NCBI GenBank assembly: GCA_017633255.1
Contig: JAGBPS010000022.1
Location: forward strand, 2,963 to 66,962
DNA length: 64,000 nucleotides
Direction of reading: 5' to 3'
DNA from: Bacteroidales bacterium
GTDB lineage: Bacteria > Bacteroidota > Bacteroidia > Bacteroidales > WCHB1-69
The translations under genes and the position numbers were made by a program. Of this stretch, positions 25,848 through 35,395 are shown in pieces. How positions within the stretch are numbered: the stretch's first letter is position 1; every line of letters begins with the position of its first letter. The notes beneath the pieces are model-generated. The model saw only the letters and a program-made list of their open reading frames with translations, made no database searches and had not been told where the DNA came from.

Positions 25848-26648
25848 ATGAAAAAATTATTATTATCCAGCTTTTTAATCTTATTTGGATGTTTGTCTTT
25901 TGCACAAATCACATTGTTGCATACCTTTAGTAATAGTGATGGGGGGTCTATAGATGGTACGTATTATGGAAGTGCAATGCCATGTTTTGAGTTTGTATCA
26001 GAACCAATGGGTTGCTATTCATTTCTTAATCGTCAAAATAATAGTATTAGATTTTACAATGCTAATTTTCAACTAGTAAAAGAATGTATTTTACCGGCAA
26101 GCATATTTGCTAATGGTGGATATCCAGAATATGTGCAAATTTTCGGAAGACATATCATAAATACTGATGATAAAATAGAATTTTTGACAATTGTTTATAT
26201 TGATCACTCAGATGGAACAATGGATTGTTTTTCATATATTATCAACGAGGATGGTGATATTATTCATGAGTGTGGGAGCGATCCTATATATCCACATTCT
26301 GTGCATAAAGTCGGAAATCAATTGAGAGCATATGGCGGAGAAGGAGGTATAGTTCGAATTTATTCCCTTGGTGGCAATTATAATCCCAGCACTATGGTGA
26401 CATATACTCAACCAAGTAGCTCTTTGAATCCTTATCCCAATCCTTCTCGGAATACTATCACTTTGCCCTATACATTGCAATCGGGCGAAACCGCACAATT
26501 GCGAGTATTCAACATGAGTGGCCAACTATTGGAGACATTTAATATAGGTAGTGATTTTGATAAAATTGAATTGAATGTAAGTGATTATGCAAAGGGAACA
26601 TACATTTATACTTACAAAGGTGTTTCAAAGAAGTTTGTAGTACGGTAA
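25848..26648 (+). CDS. Secreted protein of unknown function with T9SS C-terminal sorting domain
   Basis: 266 aa with a signal peptide. The C-terminal NPYPNPSRNTITLPY..LRVFNMSGQLLETF..GTYIYTYKGVSKKFVV is CTD-like. Confidence 0.7.
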   Translation: MKKLLLSSFLILFGCLSFAQITLLHTFSNSDGGSIDGTYYGSAMPCFEFVSEPMGCYSFLNRQNNSIRFYNANFQLVKECILPASIFANGGYPEYVQIFGRHIINTDDKIEFLTIVYIDHSDGTMDCFSYIINEDGDIIHECGSDPIYPHSVHKVGNQLRAYGGEGGIVRIYSLGGNYNPSTMVTYTQPSSSLNPYPNPSRNTITLPYTLQSGETAQLRVFNMSGQLLETFNIGSDFDKIELNVSDYAKGTYIYTYKGVSKKFVVR

Positions 26649-26774
26649 CCCTATATGGTTTAGAACATTCTCCAATAGTCACGGAAAAATCATGTGTTAG
26701 CCGTGTGACAAAAATAAAAATTTTATTCCCAATCACGGAAATTTTCTTATTTTTGCCGTTATTATTTTTGGATT

Positions 26775-27725
26775 ATGTCTCTGAATACGATAAAGGTAAC
26801 CGATTATAACTGGCAAATCATCCTTAACCCCAATGCACAGGAACATAAGGGTTTGGAGCATTGGACTGAAATCGCCACTAAACTTGATGCGAACCATATC
26901 CGCTACGAACTGCACGAGGCCAACGGCAGCCACTCGGGGATGGAAACCGCACAAAAGTTGTGCCAAGAGGGTCACCGCCATCTGATGGTGATTGGTGGTG
27001 ACGGTACCATCAACGAAGTGGTTAACGGAATTTTCACCTCCGGTATTGACACACATGAGGTGTTTCTGGCGGTGATACCGCATGGCCGCGGTAACGATTG
27101 GGCACGTACACATCATTATCCTAAAGATTACCTGGATACGGTAGATGGCTTTCTGAAAGGGAGCTTTACCGCCCATGATGTGGGGTTGACAAAGGTTTTT
27201 CAAGGGAAAAACCAAATTGAACAGCGCTATTTCATCAACATCAACAGCTTCGGATTCTCGGCCGAGGTGATTTACGAAACCATTTATACCAAACCCAAGT
27301 TCCTCAACATCTCCGTGTATGTTTTGGGGGTGTTCCTTGCTTTGTTTAAGCATAAACCCCTCCCTGTGGTCATCAGTTCTGAGAATTTTCAGTATGAGGG
27401 CAAGCCTTTCCTCTTTGCGGTAGCCAACTGCAAGTATCATGGTGACGGGATGAAGCAGGCTCCCGATGCCAGTTTCGACGACGGCCTGTTTGATGTGGTG
27501 ATTCTTCCGCAGGTTGGCATATTGACGGTACTGTTTAAGATAAAGCATATTTTCACGGGAGAGCATATCCATAAAATCAAGGGCGTAGAGTACTTACGAA
27601 CCAACAAGCTCAGCATTAACGCGGAACCTCCTATTTTGGGAGAAATGGAAGGGGAGTTGTTGTCGCCAGGACGATATGAGATAGAAATGCTGCCTTTGGC
27701 TTTTAATACACTTACCTTCAACTGA
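26775..27725 (+). CDS. Diacylglycerol-kinase-family lipid kinase (YegS/BmrU-like)
   Basis: 316 aa with LMVIGGDGTINEVVNG. The minus ORF 26733..27572 is its antisense shadow. Confidence 0.85.
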   Translation: MSLNTIKVTDYNWQIILNPNAQEHKGLEHWTEIATKLDANHIRYELHEANGSHSGMETAQKLCQEGHRHLMVIGGDGTINEVVNGIFTSGIDTHEVFLAVIPHGRGNDWARTHHYPKDYLDTVDGFLKGSFTAHDVGLTKVFQGKNQIEQRYFININSFGFSAEVIYETIYTKPKFLNISVYVLGVFLALFKHKPLPVVISSENFQYEGKPFLFAVANCKYHGDGMKQAPDASFDDGLFDVVILPQVGILTVLFKIKHIFTGEHIHKIKGVEYLRTNKLSINAEPPILGEMEGELLSPGRYEIEMLPLAFNTLTFN

Positions 27726-27734
27726 TACTGAATC

Positions 27735-28772
27735 ATGCAGAACGCCATTATCATTGCGGGACCATGTGCTGCCGAAAGCAGAGAGCAGCTATTTCTTACT
27801 GCCAGAGGATTGAAGGAAAACCTGGCGGCCAAGGGGCTGGCGTTGGATTACTTTCGTGCTGGCGTGTGGAAACCTCGCAGCAATCCAGGAGATTTTGCTG
27901 GGGTGGGTACCGAGGCGCTCCAGTGGTTGCAAGAGATACAACAAGAGTTTGGCTTTCGGGTATGTGTGGAGGTGAGTGCGCCCGAGCAGTTGAACTGGTG
28001 TGAGCAGCATGACATTAAAGCCTGTTGGATAGGTGCCCGTACCGCGGTAAATCCTTTTGATGTGCAGGAGATAGCCACTGCTGCCCGAAACCGCGATTTT
28101 ACGGTGTTGGTCAAGAATCCGATGGTGGCGGACCTGAAACTCTGGGTCGGCAATATCGAAAGATTCCTCAACGCTGGCCTCACAAAGGTGATGGCGGTTC
28201 ATCGGGGTTTCGCTGATAGCAGCGAAAGCGTGTATCGCAACCGTCCCTCATGGGAAATAGCCATCGACCTGAAGGTTCGCTTTCCTCAAATTCCTTTGCT
28301 CTGCGATCCCTCGCACATTGCCGGACAGCGTCAGTATATCGCCCAGTTGTCCCAAATCGCTCTCGATTATGGCTTTGATGGTCTGATGATTGAGTCGCAT
28401 TGCCAGCCCGACAAGGCTTTGAGTGATGCCGCCCAGCAGCTGACACCTGAGGAGTTGGCCCAGATGCTTTCCGAACTTAAGTTCAAAGACGCGATGACCT
28501 CTCCTGCCGAAAACGAATTGCGCAAGCAAAGAACGCAGATACATAATATTGATACCCAATTGAGCGTTTTGTTGAGTAAACGTATGAAAATTGTGGACTC
28601 TATCGCCAAAATCAAAGCCGAACACAACCTGCCGGTGGTGCAACCCGAACAATGGAACAAGGTGGTACGGATGTATCAGGATAATTCATTACAAGATAAT
28701 GATTATCAAGAATTTATAACTGAATTTTTAGAATTGCTGCATCAATCCTCCATCAAACGACAAAGAAAATAA
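27735..28772 (+). CDS. Bifunctional 3-deoxy-7-phosphoheptulonate (DAHP) synthase class I-beta / chorismate mutase
   Basis: 345 aa. N-terminal IIAGPCAAESREQ..KPRS (KDO8P/DAHP synthase fold). The C-terminal ~90 aa, LRKQRTQIHNIDTQLSVLLSKRMKIVDSIAKIK, is chorismate-mutase type II-like. Confidence 0.85.
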   Translation: MQNAIIIAGPCAAESREQLFLTARGLKENLAAKGLALDYFRAGVWKPRSNPGDFAGVGTEALQWLQEIQQEFGFRVCVEVSAPEQLNWCEQHDIKACWIGARTAVNPFDVQEIATAARNRDFTVLVKNPMVADLKLWVGNIERFLNAGLTKVMAVHRGFADSSESVYRNRPSWEIAIDLKVRFPQIPLLCDPSHIAGQRQYIAQLSQIALDYGFDGLMIESHCQPDKALSDAAQQLTPEELAQMLSELKFKDAMTSPAENELRKQRTQIHNIDTQLSVLLSKRMKIVDSIAKIKAEHNLPVVQPEQWNKVVRMYQDNSLQDNDYQEFITEFLELLHQSSIKRQRK

Positions 28773-28774
28773 TC

Positions 28775-30391
28775 ATGGAAAACAATTATACTGACAACAA
28801 TAGTTCAGCCAACAACCGCATCAAGAATTTCTTCACCATCGCCATCTCGTTTCTGGTGGGTATGACGGTGGCGCTGTATTTTGTTCCCGGTCGGCAAAGC
28901 GGACTGAGCAAGATGCAAAGCAACAAATTGGATGAGGTGGTGAAGTACGTTAACTCATATTATGTGGATACGGTGAACACGGACAAATTGTTTGAAATCG
29001 CCATTAATTCGATGTTGCAGGAGCTGGACCCGCACTCCACCTACGCCAATGCCACTGAAAACAAAGCCATGATGGAGAGTTTGGAAGGGGCTTTTGAGGG
29101 AGTGGGCATCCAGTTCAGCATCATGAACGACACCATTATGGTAATTTCCACGGTCAGTGGCGGTCCTTCCGAAAAGCAGGGCATTCGTGCCGGCGACCGT
29201 ATTGTGACTGTGGATGGCAAGAATGTGGCGGGTATCGGTATTCAGAATGATGAGGTGATGAAGATGCTCCGTGGCAAGAAGAAAACCACGGTGGTCATCG
29301 GCATTTTGCGACAAGGTTCCGTAAATGATTACACGGTCACCCGTGACGTGATACCTACCTATACGCTTGATATTTCCTACATGGTTGATGATCACACGGG
29401 TTATATCAAAATCAACCAGTTTGGGGCTACGACTGCCGACGAATTTGAGGCGGCGATCAAGAAGTTGAAAAAACAGGGTATGACCAAGATGATACTGGAT
29501 TTGCGAAGCAATTCAGGAGGTTTCCTGGATGCCGCTATCCAGATTTGTGACGAGTTCTTGGCCAAGGGGGAGATGATTGTTTACACGGAAGGCTTGCATG
29601 TGCCTACGGACAAGATATATGCCACTCGTTATGGTAATTTTGAAAAGGGTGAAGTGGTGGTACTGATTGACGATTTCAGCGCTTCTGCCAGTGAGATTGT
29701 GGCCGGAGCCATCCAGGATAATGACCGTGGTATTGTGGTGGGTCGTCGTTCTTTCGGAAAAGGACTGGTACAAAGACAGATAGACCTTTCTGACAAGTCT
29801 AGCATCCGTCTGACAGTGGCGCGTTATCATACCCCCAGTGGACGATGCATCCAGCGTGAATACGGCGAGGGAACGGAAGCTTATTACGAGGATTTCATTG
29901 ACCGCTATTATCGTGGCGAGATGAGCCATTCCGATAGCATCAAGTTTGATGAGAACCAGAAATTCACTACCAAGAAAGGACGTACGGTGTATGGTGGTGG
30001 CGGCATTATGCCCGACTATTTCATTCCTTTGGATGAAGACAGCACATTGAATGCTTATTACCAGGTGTTGAATTCATCAGCCATTATCCAGTTTGCTTTC
30101 AATTATGCTACTGATCATAAGGATAAAATTCTGAAACAATTCCCCACGGCTCAAGACTATGTGAAGAAAATGACGGTGAGCAATGATTTACTCAAACAAC
30201 TGCTGAATTTCTATACGCAAAAGACAGGATTGAAGGTGAAAGACCTTAATGCAGAATCTATCAAGGAACTCAAGGTTTGGCTCAAAGCCTTGATTGGACG
30301 TGATGTATACCAAGACGAAGCTTTCTATCCCGTCATCAACAGCACTGACAAAACTTTCCTGAAAGCAGTAGAGCTGACAATTGAAAACTGA
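28775..30391 (+). CDS. S41-family C-terminal processing peptidase (Ctp/Tsp) with PDZ domain
   Basis: 538 aa. Contains GVGIQF, a PDZ domain (GPSEKQGIRAGDRIVTVDG), DLRSNSGG and SASASEI..GKGLVQ. Confidence 0.9.
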   Translation: MENNYTDNNSSANNRIKNFFTIAISFLVGMTVALYFVPGRQSGLSKMQSNKLDEVVKYVNSYYVDTVNTDKLFEIAINSMLQELDPHSTYANATENKAMMESLEGAFEGVGIQFSIMNDTIMVISTVSGGPSEKQGIRAGDRIVTVDGKNVAGIGIQNDEVMKMLRGKKKTTVVIGILRQGSVNDYTVTRDVIPTYTLDISYMVDDHTGYIKINQFGATTADEFEAAIKKLKKQGMTKMILDLRSNSGGFLDAAIQICDEFLAKGEMIVYTEGLHVPTDKIYATRYGNFEKGEVVVLIDDFSASASEIVAGAIQDNDRGIVVGRRSFGKGLVQRQIDLSDKSSIRLTVARYHTPSGRCIQREYGEGTEAYYEDFIDRYYRGEMSHSDSIKFDENQKFTTKKGRTVYGGGGIMPDYFIPLDEDSTLNAYYQVLNSSAIIQFAFNYATDHKDKILKQFPTAQDYVKKMTVSNDLLKQLLNFYTQKTGLKVKDLNAESIKELKVWLKALIGRDVYQDEAFYPVINSTDKTFLKAVELTIEN

Positions 30392-30430
30392 AAACTGAAA
30401 GTTGAAAACTGAAAACTAAGAATTAAAAAT
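30382..30430 (+). repeat. Stop-phased heptamer array (7 units) spanning the ctp stop codon
   Basis: TGAAAAC TGAAAAC TGAAAGT TGAAAAC TGAAAAC TAAGAAT TAAAAAT. The second unit (30389-30391) is the real stop. Confidence 0.92.
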
Positions 30431-30492
30431 ATTTCAACAATTCAACAATTCAACAGTTCAACAATTCAACATTCTTAACTTTTAATTCTTAG
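30416..30492 (+). repeat. 13-bp perfect stem CTAAGAATTAAAA / TTTTAATTCTTAG enclosing a (TTCAACAA)x5 octamer array
   Basis: Stem arms at 30416-30428 and 30480-30492. The loop at 30433-30472 reads TTCAACAA TTCAACAA TTCAACAG TTCAACAA TTCAACAT. Confidence 0.8.
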
Positions 30493-30504
30493 TTCTTAAC
30501 TTAA

Positions 30505-30537
30505 TTGGCATATTAGCACATTGATAATTAGCACATT
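30505..30537 (+). repeat. Octamer module copy TTGGCATATTAGCACATTGATAATTAGCACATT
   Basis: Ends 7 nt before the kdsC ATG (30544). Confidence 0.8.
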
Positions 30538-30543
30538 AAATAT

Positions 30544-31065
30544 ATGAACGATTATCGCGACAAACTGAAAAACATCACCACCTTCATTTTTGATTTTGAC
30601 GGGGTGCTTTCAGATGGTAAAATATGGGTATTGCCCGATGGCGACCAACTGAGAGCCACTGGCGTAAAAGACGGCTATGCCTTGCAATACGCGCTTCGCA
30701 AAGGCTACAGGGTAGCGGTCATTTCCGGTGGCTATTCCGAATCCATGCGCCTGCGCTACAAGAATTTTCCAGGCATGGAAATCTTTTTGCAGGTACGCAA
30801 TAAGGTCAAAGTTTATAACGAGTATCTGGACAAATATGGTCTCAGCCGCGAGGAGGTGATGATGATGGGCGATGACATTCCCGATTATGAGATTATGCAG
30901 CTTAGCGGCCTCAAATGCTGTCCTGCCGATGCCGCCGAGGAAATCAAAGCCATTGCCGACTATGTTTCCGTGAAAAAAGGTGGTGAAGGAGCCGCCCGCG
31001 ATGTCATTGAACAGACTCTCAAAGCCCAGGGACGCTGGTTCGAAAAGGATGCCTGCATCTGGTAA
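30544..31065 (+). CDS. kdsC: 3-deoxy-D-manno-octulosonate 8-phosphate phosphatase (HAD family)
   Basis: 173 aa. Motifs FIFDFDGVLSDG and MGDDIPD. Confidence 0.85.
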   Translation: MNDYRDKLKNITTFIFDFDGVLSDGKIWVLPDGDQLRATGVKDGYALQYALRKGYRVAVISGGYSESMRLRYKNFPGMEIFLQVRNKVKVYNEYLDKYGLSREEVMMMGDDIPDYEIMQLSGLKCCPADAAEEIKAIADYVSVKKGGEGAARDVIEQTLKAQGRWFEKDACIW

Positions 31066-31079
31066 CAAAATGTCTGAGC

Positions 31080-31964
31080 ATGGAGGCCTGCATTCAGTTG
31101 TATAAAAACTACATCAAGCTCGAACGTTCCCTTTCACCCAAGACTGTGGAAGCGTATCTGCATGATGTGGAAAAGCTGAATGACTTTTTAAACGGAAGAA
31201 AAAAACTGGAGGAGGTTGAACTTTCTGATTTACAATCTTTTTTGGCATCTTTATATGACGAAGATATGTCCGCCCGAAGTCAAGCGCGTATCATCTCTGG
31301 TCTGAAATCCTTTTATAAATTCATGCTTTACGAGCGCCGTATTGTGCATGATCCCACGGAATTGCTGGATGCTCCCAAAATTGGCCGCCACTTGCCCGAA
31401 GTGCTCTCTATCCCTGAGATTGAGGCAATTTTGAACGGGATAGACCTGAGCAAGCCTGAAGGACACCGCAACAAGGCTATCATTGAAGTGATGTACGGTT
31501 GTGGCTTGCGGGTCAGTGAGGTGGTGAATCTGCGCATCTCTAACCTGCATTTCCGCGAAAATTATGTCCGCATCATCGGCAAAGGCGACAAAGAACGTCT
31601 GGTGCCCATTGGTCATACTGCCCAACAGGCCGTACTGCTATATTTGGAAGGCTATCGTATGCACCTGAAAATCAAAAAGGGAGAAGAAGATTTTGTCTTC
31701 CTCAACCGCCGTGGCAGTCGGCTTTCAAGAGAGATGATTTTCATGATGATCAAGGAAATGGCTGCTGCTGCGGGCATCCGCAAAACCATCAGTCCGCATA
31801 CCTTTCGCCACTCTTTCGCCACCCATTTGGTGGAGGGCGGCGCCGACCTGCGTGCCGTTCAGGAAATGCTTGGCCACGAAAGCATCACCACCACCGAAAT
31901 CTATACCCATCTGGACCGCGAATACGTCAAAAACATCATCGAACAATACCATCCGCGAAAATAG
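31080..31964 (+). CDS. xerD: Tyrosine recombinase XerD
   Basis: 294 aa. HTFRHSFATHLVEGGADLRAVQEMLGHESITTTEIYTHL, with the ARSQARIISGLKSFYKF N-domain. Confidence 0.88.
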   Translation: MEACIQLYKNYIKLERSLSPKTVEAYLHDVEKLNDFLNGRKKLEEVELSDLQSFLASLYDEDMSARSQARIISGLKSFYKFMLYERRIVHDPTELLDAPKIGRHLPEVLSIPEIEAILNGIDLSKPEGHRNKAIIEVMYGCGLRVSEVVNLRISNLHFRENYVRIIGKGDKERLVPIGHTAQQAVLLYLEGYRMHLKIKKGEEDFVFLNRRGSRLSREMIFMMIKEMAAAAGIRKTISPHTFRHSFATHLVEGGADLRAVQEMLGHESITTTEIYTHLDREYVKNIIEQYHPRK

Positions 31965-31976
31965 GGTATAAGTGTA

Positions 31977-32033
31977 TTGGCATATTAGTACATTGAAAAT
32001 TAGCACATTAACTAATTTGCTAATTTGCTAATT
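31977..32033 (+). repeat. Octamer module copy TTGGCATATTAGTACATTGAAAATTAGCACATTAACTAATTTGCTAATTTGCTAATT
   Basis: Lies between the xerD stop and the -7 box at 32042. Confidence 0.85.
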
Positions 32034-32041
32034 ATTTTTTG

Positions 32042-32049
32042 TATCTTTG
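32042..32049 (+). promoter_or_regulatory. -7 box TATCTTTG (DUF4197-like lipoprotein)
   Basis: 27 nt upstream of ATG 32076. Preceded by the octamer module 31977-32033. Confidence 0.65.
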
Positions 32050-32075
32050 CAGTTTATTGTATTAAATATTTTAAG

Positions 32076-32798
32076 ATGAAAAAACTGCAAATTTTACTAC
32101 TTGGCTTAATCGCAATTGTCTTTGTCTCGTGTAAAGACACATCTGGAAAATATATCGCTAAACAATTGACTTATACGCAGATGGAAAATGCGTTCAACGA
32201 TTGTTTGGAGCTGGCGACGGAGTTGGCCGTTGAGAGTCTCTGTCCCGAAGATGAACTGGATTATATTCTGGGTTATGGATATTATGAATACGAAGACCAA
32301 GCCTATCGTATAACTTTGCCCACATCCGCCCGTGCTATCGTGGATAGTTTGACGGCTCACGGACAGGGTGCTCTTATCGATACGATGGTACTGCATATCA
32401 ATCGTGCCGCCGAGGCTTCGGGTGCCGCTATCGGCAGTGCCTATTCTTCCGCACGGTCAAGCTTGACTTACACGAATCATCAGGCTATGGTCTCCACTTC
32501 CAATACCAGTGCTTTGACCGAATATTTCAAAACCCAGTGTTCCTCCCAGATTCACCAGTCCTTGATGACACCGGTTCGCATGAAGCTGACCGAAAAGGGT
32601 GTTCCTGATGAGTGGGACCATATTCTGTCAGTGTATTATACTTATAATCCGCAACCTGTGTCGATAGATATTTATAGCCATATTGTGGACAAGATGATGG
32701 ACGGCATTTTTGCGGAAATGGCTGAGGCGGAAGAATTGATTCGTACGGATCCTACTTTGCGAATCACTGAGAGTATGGAGATTGTTTTTGGGAATTAA
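32076..32798 (+). CDS. DUF4197-like lipoprotein
   Basis: Track ORF 32025..32798 trimmed to ATG 32076 (MKKLQILLLGLIAIVFVSC lipobox), 27 nt after the -7 box. NRAAEASG..AEAEELIRTDPTLRITESMEIVFG resembles DUF4197 as I remember it. Confidence 0.6.
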   Translation: MKKLQILLLGLIAIVFVSCKDTSGKYIAKQLTYTQMENAFNDCLELATELAVESLCPEDELDYILGYGYYEYEDQAYRITLPTSARAIVDSLTAHGQGALIDTMVLHINRAAEASGAAIGSAYSSARSSLTYTNHQAMVSTSNTSALTEYFKTQCSSQIHQSLMTPVRMKLTEKGVPDEWDHILSVYYTYNPQPVSIDIYSHIVDKMMDGIFAEMAEAEELIRTDPTLRITESMEIVFGN

Positions 32799-32832
32799 TC
32801 ATCAGAAAAATTAATAATCAAAAAATATAACT

Positions 32833-34065
32833 ATGAGAAACGAGAAAATTTTTGCCGGCAAAACCCTGGCAATTCTGTCTGGAGGTGGCGATACCCCCGC
32901 TATCAATTCAAGTATTGAAGCTGTAAGAAACCGTGCATCCATGCTGGGTTTCAAGGTTTATGGTATCCTTCGTGGCTGGAAAGGCCTCCTCGGCGACGGT
33001 GATGTGGTGGATTTGACCAACATTGCATACAATGGTATTTATGGCGGTACCGGCCTGCTGTCAAGCCGTACCAACCCCTTCCCCAGCAAGAAAAATCCGG
33101 AAGACCGCTCCCAACAGATTCTGAAAAATATCGAGAGATACAAAATCGATGTGTTGGTGACCATCGGTGGTGACGATACCAATGGCGCTGCCAAGAAGAT
33201 GTACGAGAAATATGGCATTCCCGTAATAGGTTTCCCGAAGACTATTGACAATGACTTGAGAACCAGAACAATTCATCATTATCAGGGACAGCAATATGAG
33301 ACTGTTTTGTGCCCAGGTTTCCCTTCAGGCGCAATGGCTATCAAGAAACTGACGAGTAAGTTGCATACCACCAATGAATCCCACCAGCGTATTATGGTGC
33401 TGGAGGTGATGGGTCGTGATGCTGGTTGGTTGACAGGCACGGCTGTTTTCGGTGGTGCCCAGATTGCTTTGGTTCCTGAAGTGGAGATGACCAAAGAGCG
33501 CAAGGACTTCTTCTTCGAACATGTGAAAGAACAGTATATGCGTTCCCCGAAACACAGCTTGATTATTGCTGTGTCAGAGGGTGTTAGATGGTGGAATGAA
33601 GAGAAACAGAGCCTGGAGATGGTGTATGCCAGCCCCGATTTGGATGAGTATGGTCATCCTCGTTTCGGTGGTATCAGTGGCGTTATCGCTTCCGAAATTT
33701 CCAAGAAACTGGGTATCGAGGCCCGTGGTCAGATTTCAGGTTACATTCCTCGTTCGGGCAAATGCTACGAGTACGATCGTCGCTTGACCTCTACCTTGGC
33801 TGACAAAGTGGTGGATTTGCTGCTGCGTGAGGACTATGGCAAAATGCCGGTGATGCGTGACATCGTGCCTTACAGCGAATTGGAAGAATTCCACACCGAC
33901 GCTATCGACATGGGCAATATCGGCAATTTCCCGCTGCCGTCAAATTATTACAACCCCAACGAATTCCAGTTCACCGACCAGTATGTTGACTTCCTGACCA
34001 ACATCATCGGTGCACCGTATCGTATGGAGTTCACTCACAATTTCCCGATTGTCATCCCACAGTAA
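32833..34065 (+). CDS. Phosphofructokinase family protein, probably PPi-dependent (GGDDT variant)
   Basis: 410 aa. Motifs ILSGGGDTPAIN, TIGGDDTNGAA, PKTIDNDL, MGRDAGWL. Confidence 0.88.
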   Translation: MRNEKIFAGKTLAILSGGGDTPAINSSIEAVRNRASMLGFKVYGILRGWKGLLGDGDVVDLTNIAYNGIYGGTGLLSSRTNPFPSKKNPEDRSQQILKNIERYKIDVLVTIGGDDTNGAAKKMYEKYGIPVIGFPKTIDNDLRTRTIHHYQGQQYETVLCPGFPSGAMAIKKLTSKLHTTNESHQRIMVLEVMGRDAGWLTGTAVFGGAQIALVPEVEMTKERKDFFFEHVKEQYMRSPKHSLIIAVSEGVRWWNEEKQSLEMVYASPDLDEYGHPRFGGISGVIASEISKKLGIEARGQISGYIPRSGKCYEYDRRLTSTLADKVVDLLLREDYGKMPVMRDIVPYSELEEFHTDAIDMGNIGNFPLPSNYYNPNEFQFTDQYVDFLTNIIGAPYRMEFTHNFPIVIPQ

Positions 34066-34118
34066 TTATTAGGTTATAGGGATTAGGTTTTAGGGATTAG
34101 TGAGGAGTTAGTAATTAA
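34063..34118 (+). repeat. Stop-phased heptamer array starting at the pfk stop codon
   Basis: TAATTAT TAGGTTA TAGGGAT TAGGTTT TAGGGAT TAGTGAG gagttag TAATTAA. Confidence 0.9.
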
Positions 34119-34134
34119 ACTTCAGCAGAATAAA

Positions 34135-35376
34135 ATGAAACGGATTGCAGTCGTTTTGGTCTTTTGTTTTTTGAGTCTGGCTTTGTCGGCTCAACGTTAT
34201 GTGTCAATGTCAGAAGCCAAGACGGCTGCGGTGCATTATATGTCCTCCCGCTGGGGCAGCCAATATAATCCCGAGAGTATTCTGGTGGTTCATGAGTTGA
34301 AGGAAAATGGGCATACCTTGGTGTATGAGGTGCTGTTCAAAAACAACTCTTCTATCTTGTTGACAGGGGTGAAGAGTTGTAAGGCGGTCATAGGCTATCG
34401 CTTCCAGACTGGCGGCATTTCCGTGTTGAACCAGCAGGAAGATGTGGTTTCTCCAGGAATGAATATTTTCTTGGAAAAATGTTGTGTGCAGATTCGCTAT
34501 GCTATTGAGAACTTGGAAGATAAAAACTGGGAGAACAGTGAGTGGAAGGAGTTGTTGTGTTTGGACAAGAACGCTGTCGAAATATCTTCCAAAGGCGTGT
34601 ATGGTCCCTTGCTGACTAGCGCCTGGGGACAGACAAGGGCATATCCCAAGATTTGCGATGGCTACAATTTTTATGTGAAAGAAACAGTTGCGCAATGTGC
34701 CTGTGCAAATATCAGCAAATGCCCCACGGGTTGTGTGGCAACGGCCATGGGGCAAATTGTGCGTTATTGGCAGTATCCCTCGAAATCACCATATACGGGT
34801 GAGAATTATGATTGGTCGAGTATGCCCGATACGCTGAAAGCCAAGTCTATCCATTTCGAACGGGAAAGAAAGGCTATTGCACGCTTGTTACGTGATTGTG
34901 GCGAGTCGGCGGAGACACAGTATTGCTATGCCCCGAAACGCTACGGTTGTCAATCGTTTGCATGGCCGTCAAAGGCCTGTGACGGCTTTGTGAACAAATT
35001 CAATTACAGCAGTTCAGCGGACAGAAAATTACGCTCCAGCTGTAAAACTAAAACATGGAAGGCCATGATTATCGACAATATACAGCGTGGTTTTCCAGTA
35101 CTGTACGCCAGCGCTTCGTTGGCCGTCAAGGATTATGCGGAATGCGGCCACGCCTACGTGTGCGATGGCTATAACGAGAACACCGATATGTTCCATTTCA
35201 ACTGGGGCTACGATGGTGAGGCTAACGGCTGGTATTCGCTGGATGATTTGGTGATGAAACTTTCCAAACACACCTATAACTGGAATCATCTGGAGCGTAT
35301 GGTTATCAATATTTATCCTTCTTATATGGATGAGGTGAAAGAGGTGATTTCTGGAAGTAAAGTCGCTGAAAAATAA
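34135..35376 (+). CDS. C10-family cysteine peptidase (streptopain/interpain-like) with N-terminal Spi inhibitor-type prodomain
   Basis: 413 aa with a signal peptide. Contains SEAKTAAVHYMS (prodomain), LLTSAWGQ, CPTGCVATAMGQIVRYWQYP (catalytic Cys) and GHAYVCDGY (His). Confidence 0.8.
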   Translation: MKRIAVVLVFCFLSLALSAQRYVSMSEAKTAAVHYMSSRWGSQYNPESILVVHELKENGHTLVYEVLFKNNSSILLTGVKSCKAVIGYRFQTGGISVLNQQEDVVSPGMNIFLEKCCVQIRYAIENLEDKNWENSEWKELLCLDKNAVEISSKGVYGPLLTSAWGQTRAYPKICDGYNFYVKETVAQCACANISKCPTGCVATAMGQIVRYWQYPSKSPYTGENYDWSSMPDTLKAKSIHFERERKAIARLLRDCGESAETQYCYAPKRYGCQSFAWPSKACDGFVNKFNYSSSADRKLRSSCKTKTWKAMIIDNIQRGFPVLYASASLAVKDYAECGHAYVCDGYNENTDMFHFNWGYDGEANGWYSLDDLVMKLSKHTYNWNHLERMVINIYPSYMDEVKEVISGSKVAEK

Positions 35377-35395
35377 ACTGTTATAAAATCAAACT

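Noticed and set aside
26733-27572. 279-aa minus-strand ORF
   Set aside because: It is an antisense shadow of the lipid kinase gene 26775..27725 with no recognisable motifs. The same reasoning applies to 9855..10709, 12612..13148, 39644..40345, 42080..42997, 43176..43721, 50624..51166 and 52794..53531.
31080-31964. Tyrosine recombinase as a marker of an integrated mobile element
   Set aside because: The length, the XerD-type N-domain and C-terminal motif, and the housekeeping neighbours (kdsC upstream, no att-like repeats or cargo) indicate the chromosomal dimer-resolution XerD.
34070-34100. Telomere-like TTAGGG repeats (also at 9785-9800 and 10811-10845)
   Set aside because: The units are 7 nt (TAGGGAT/TAGGTTT), not 6. 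They are part of the heptamer arrays inside a bacterial chromosome, so the resemblance to TTAGGG is coincidental.
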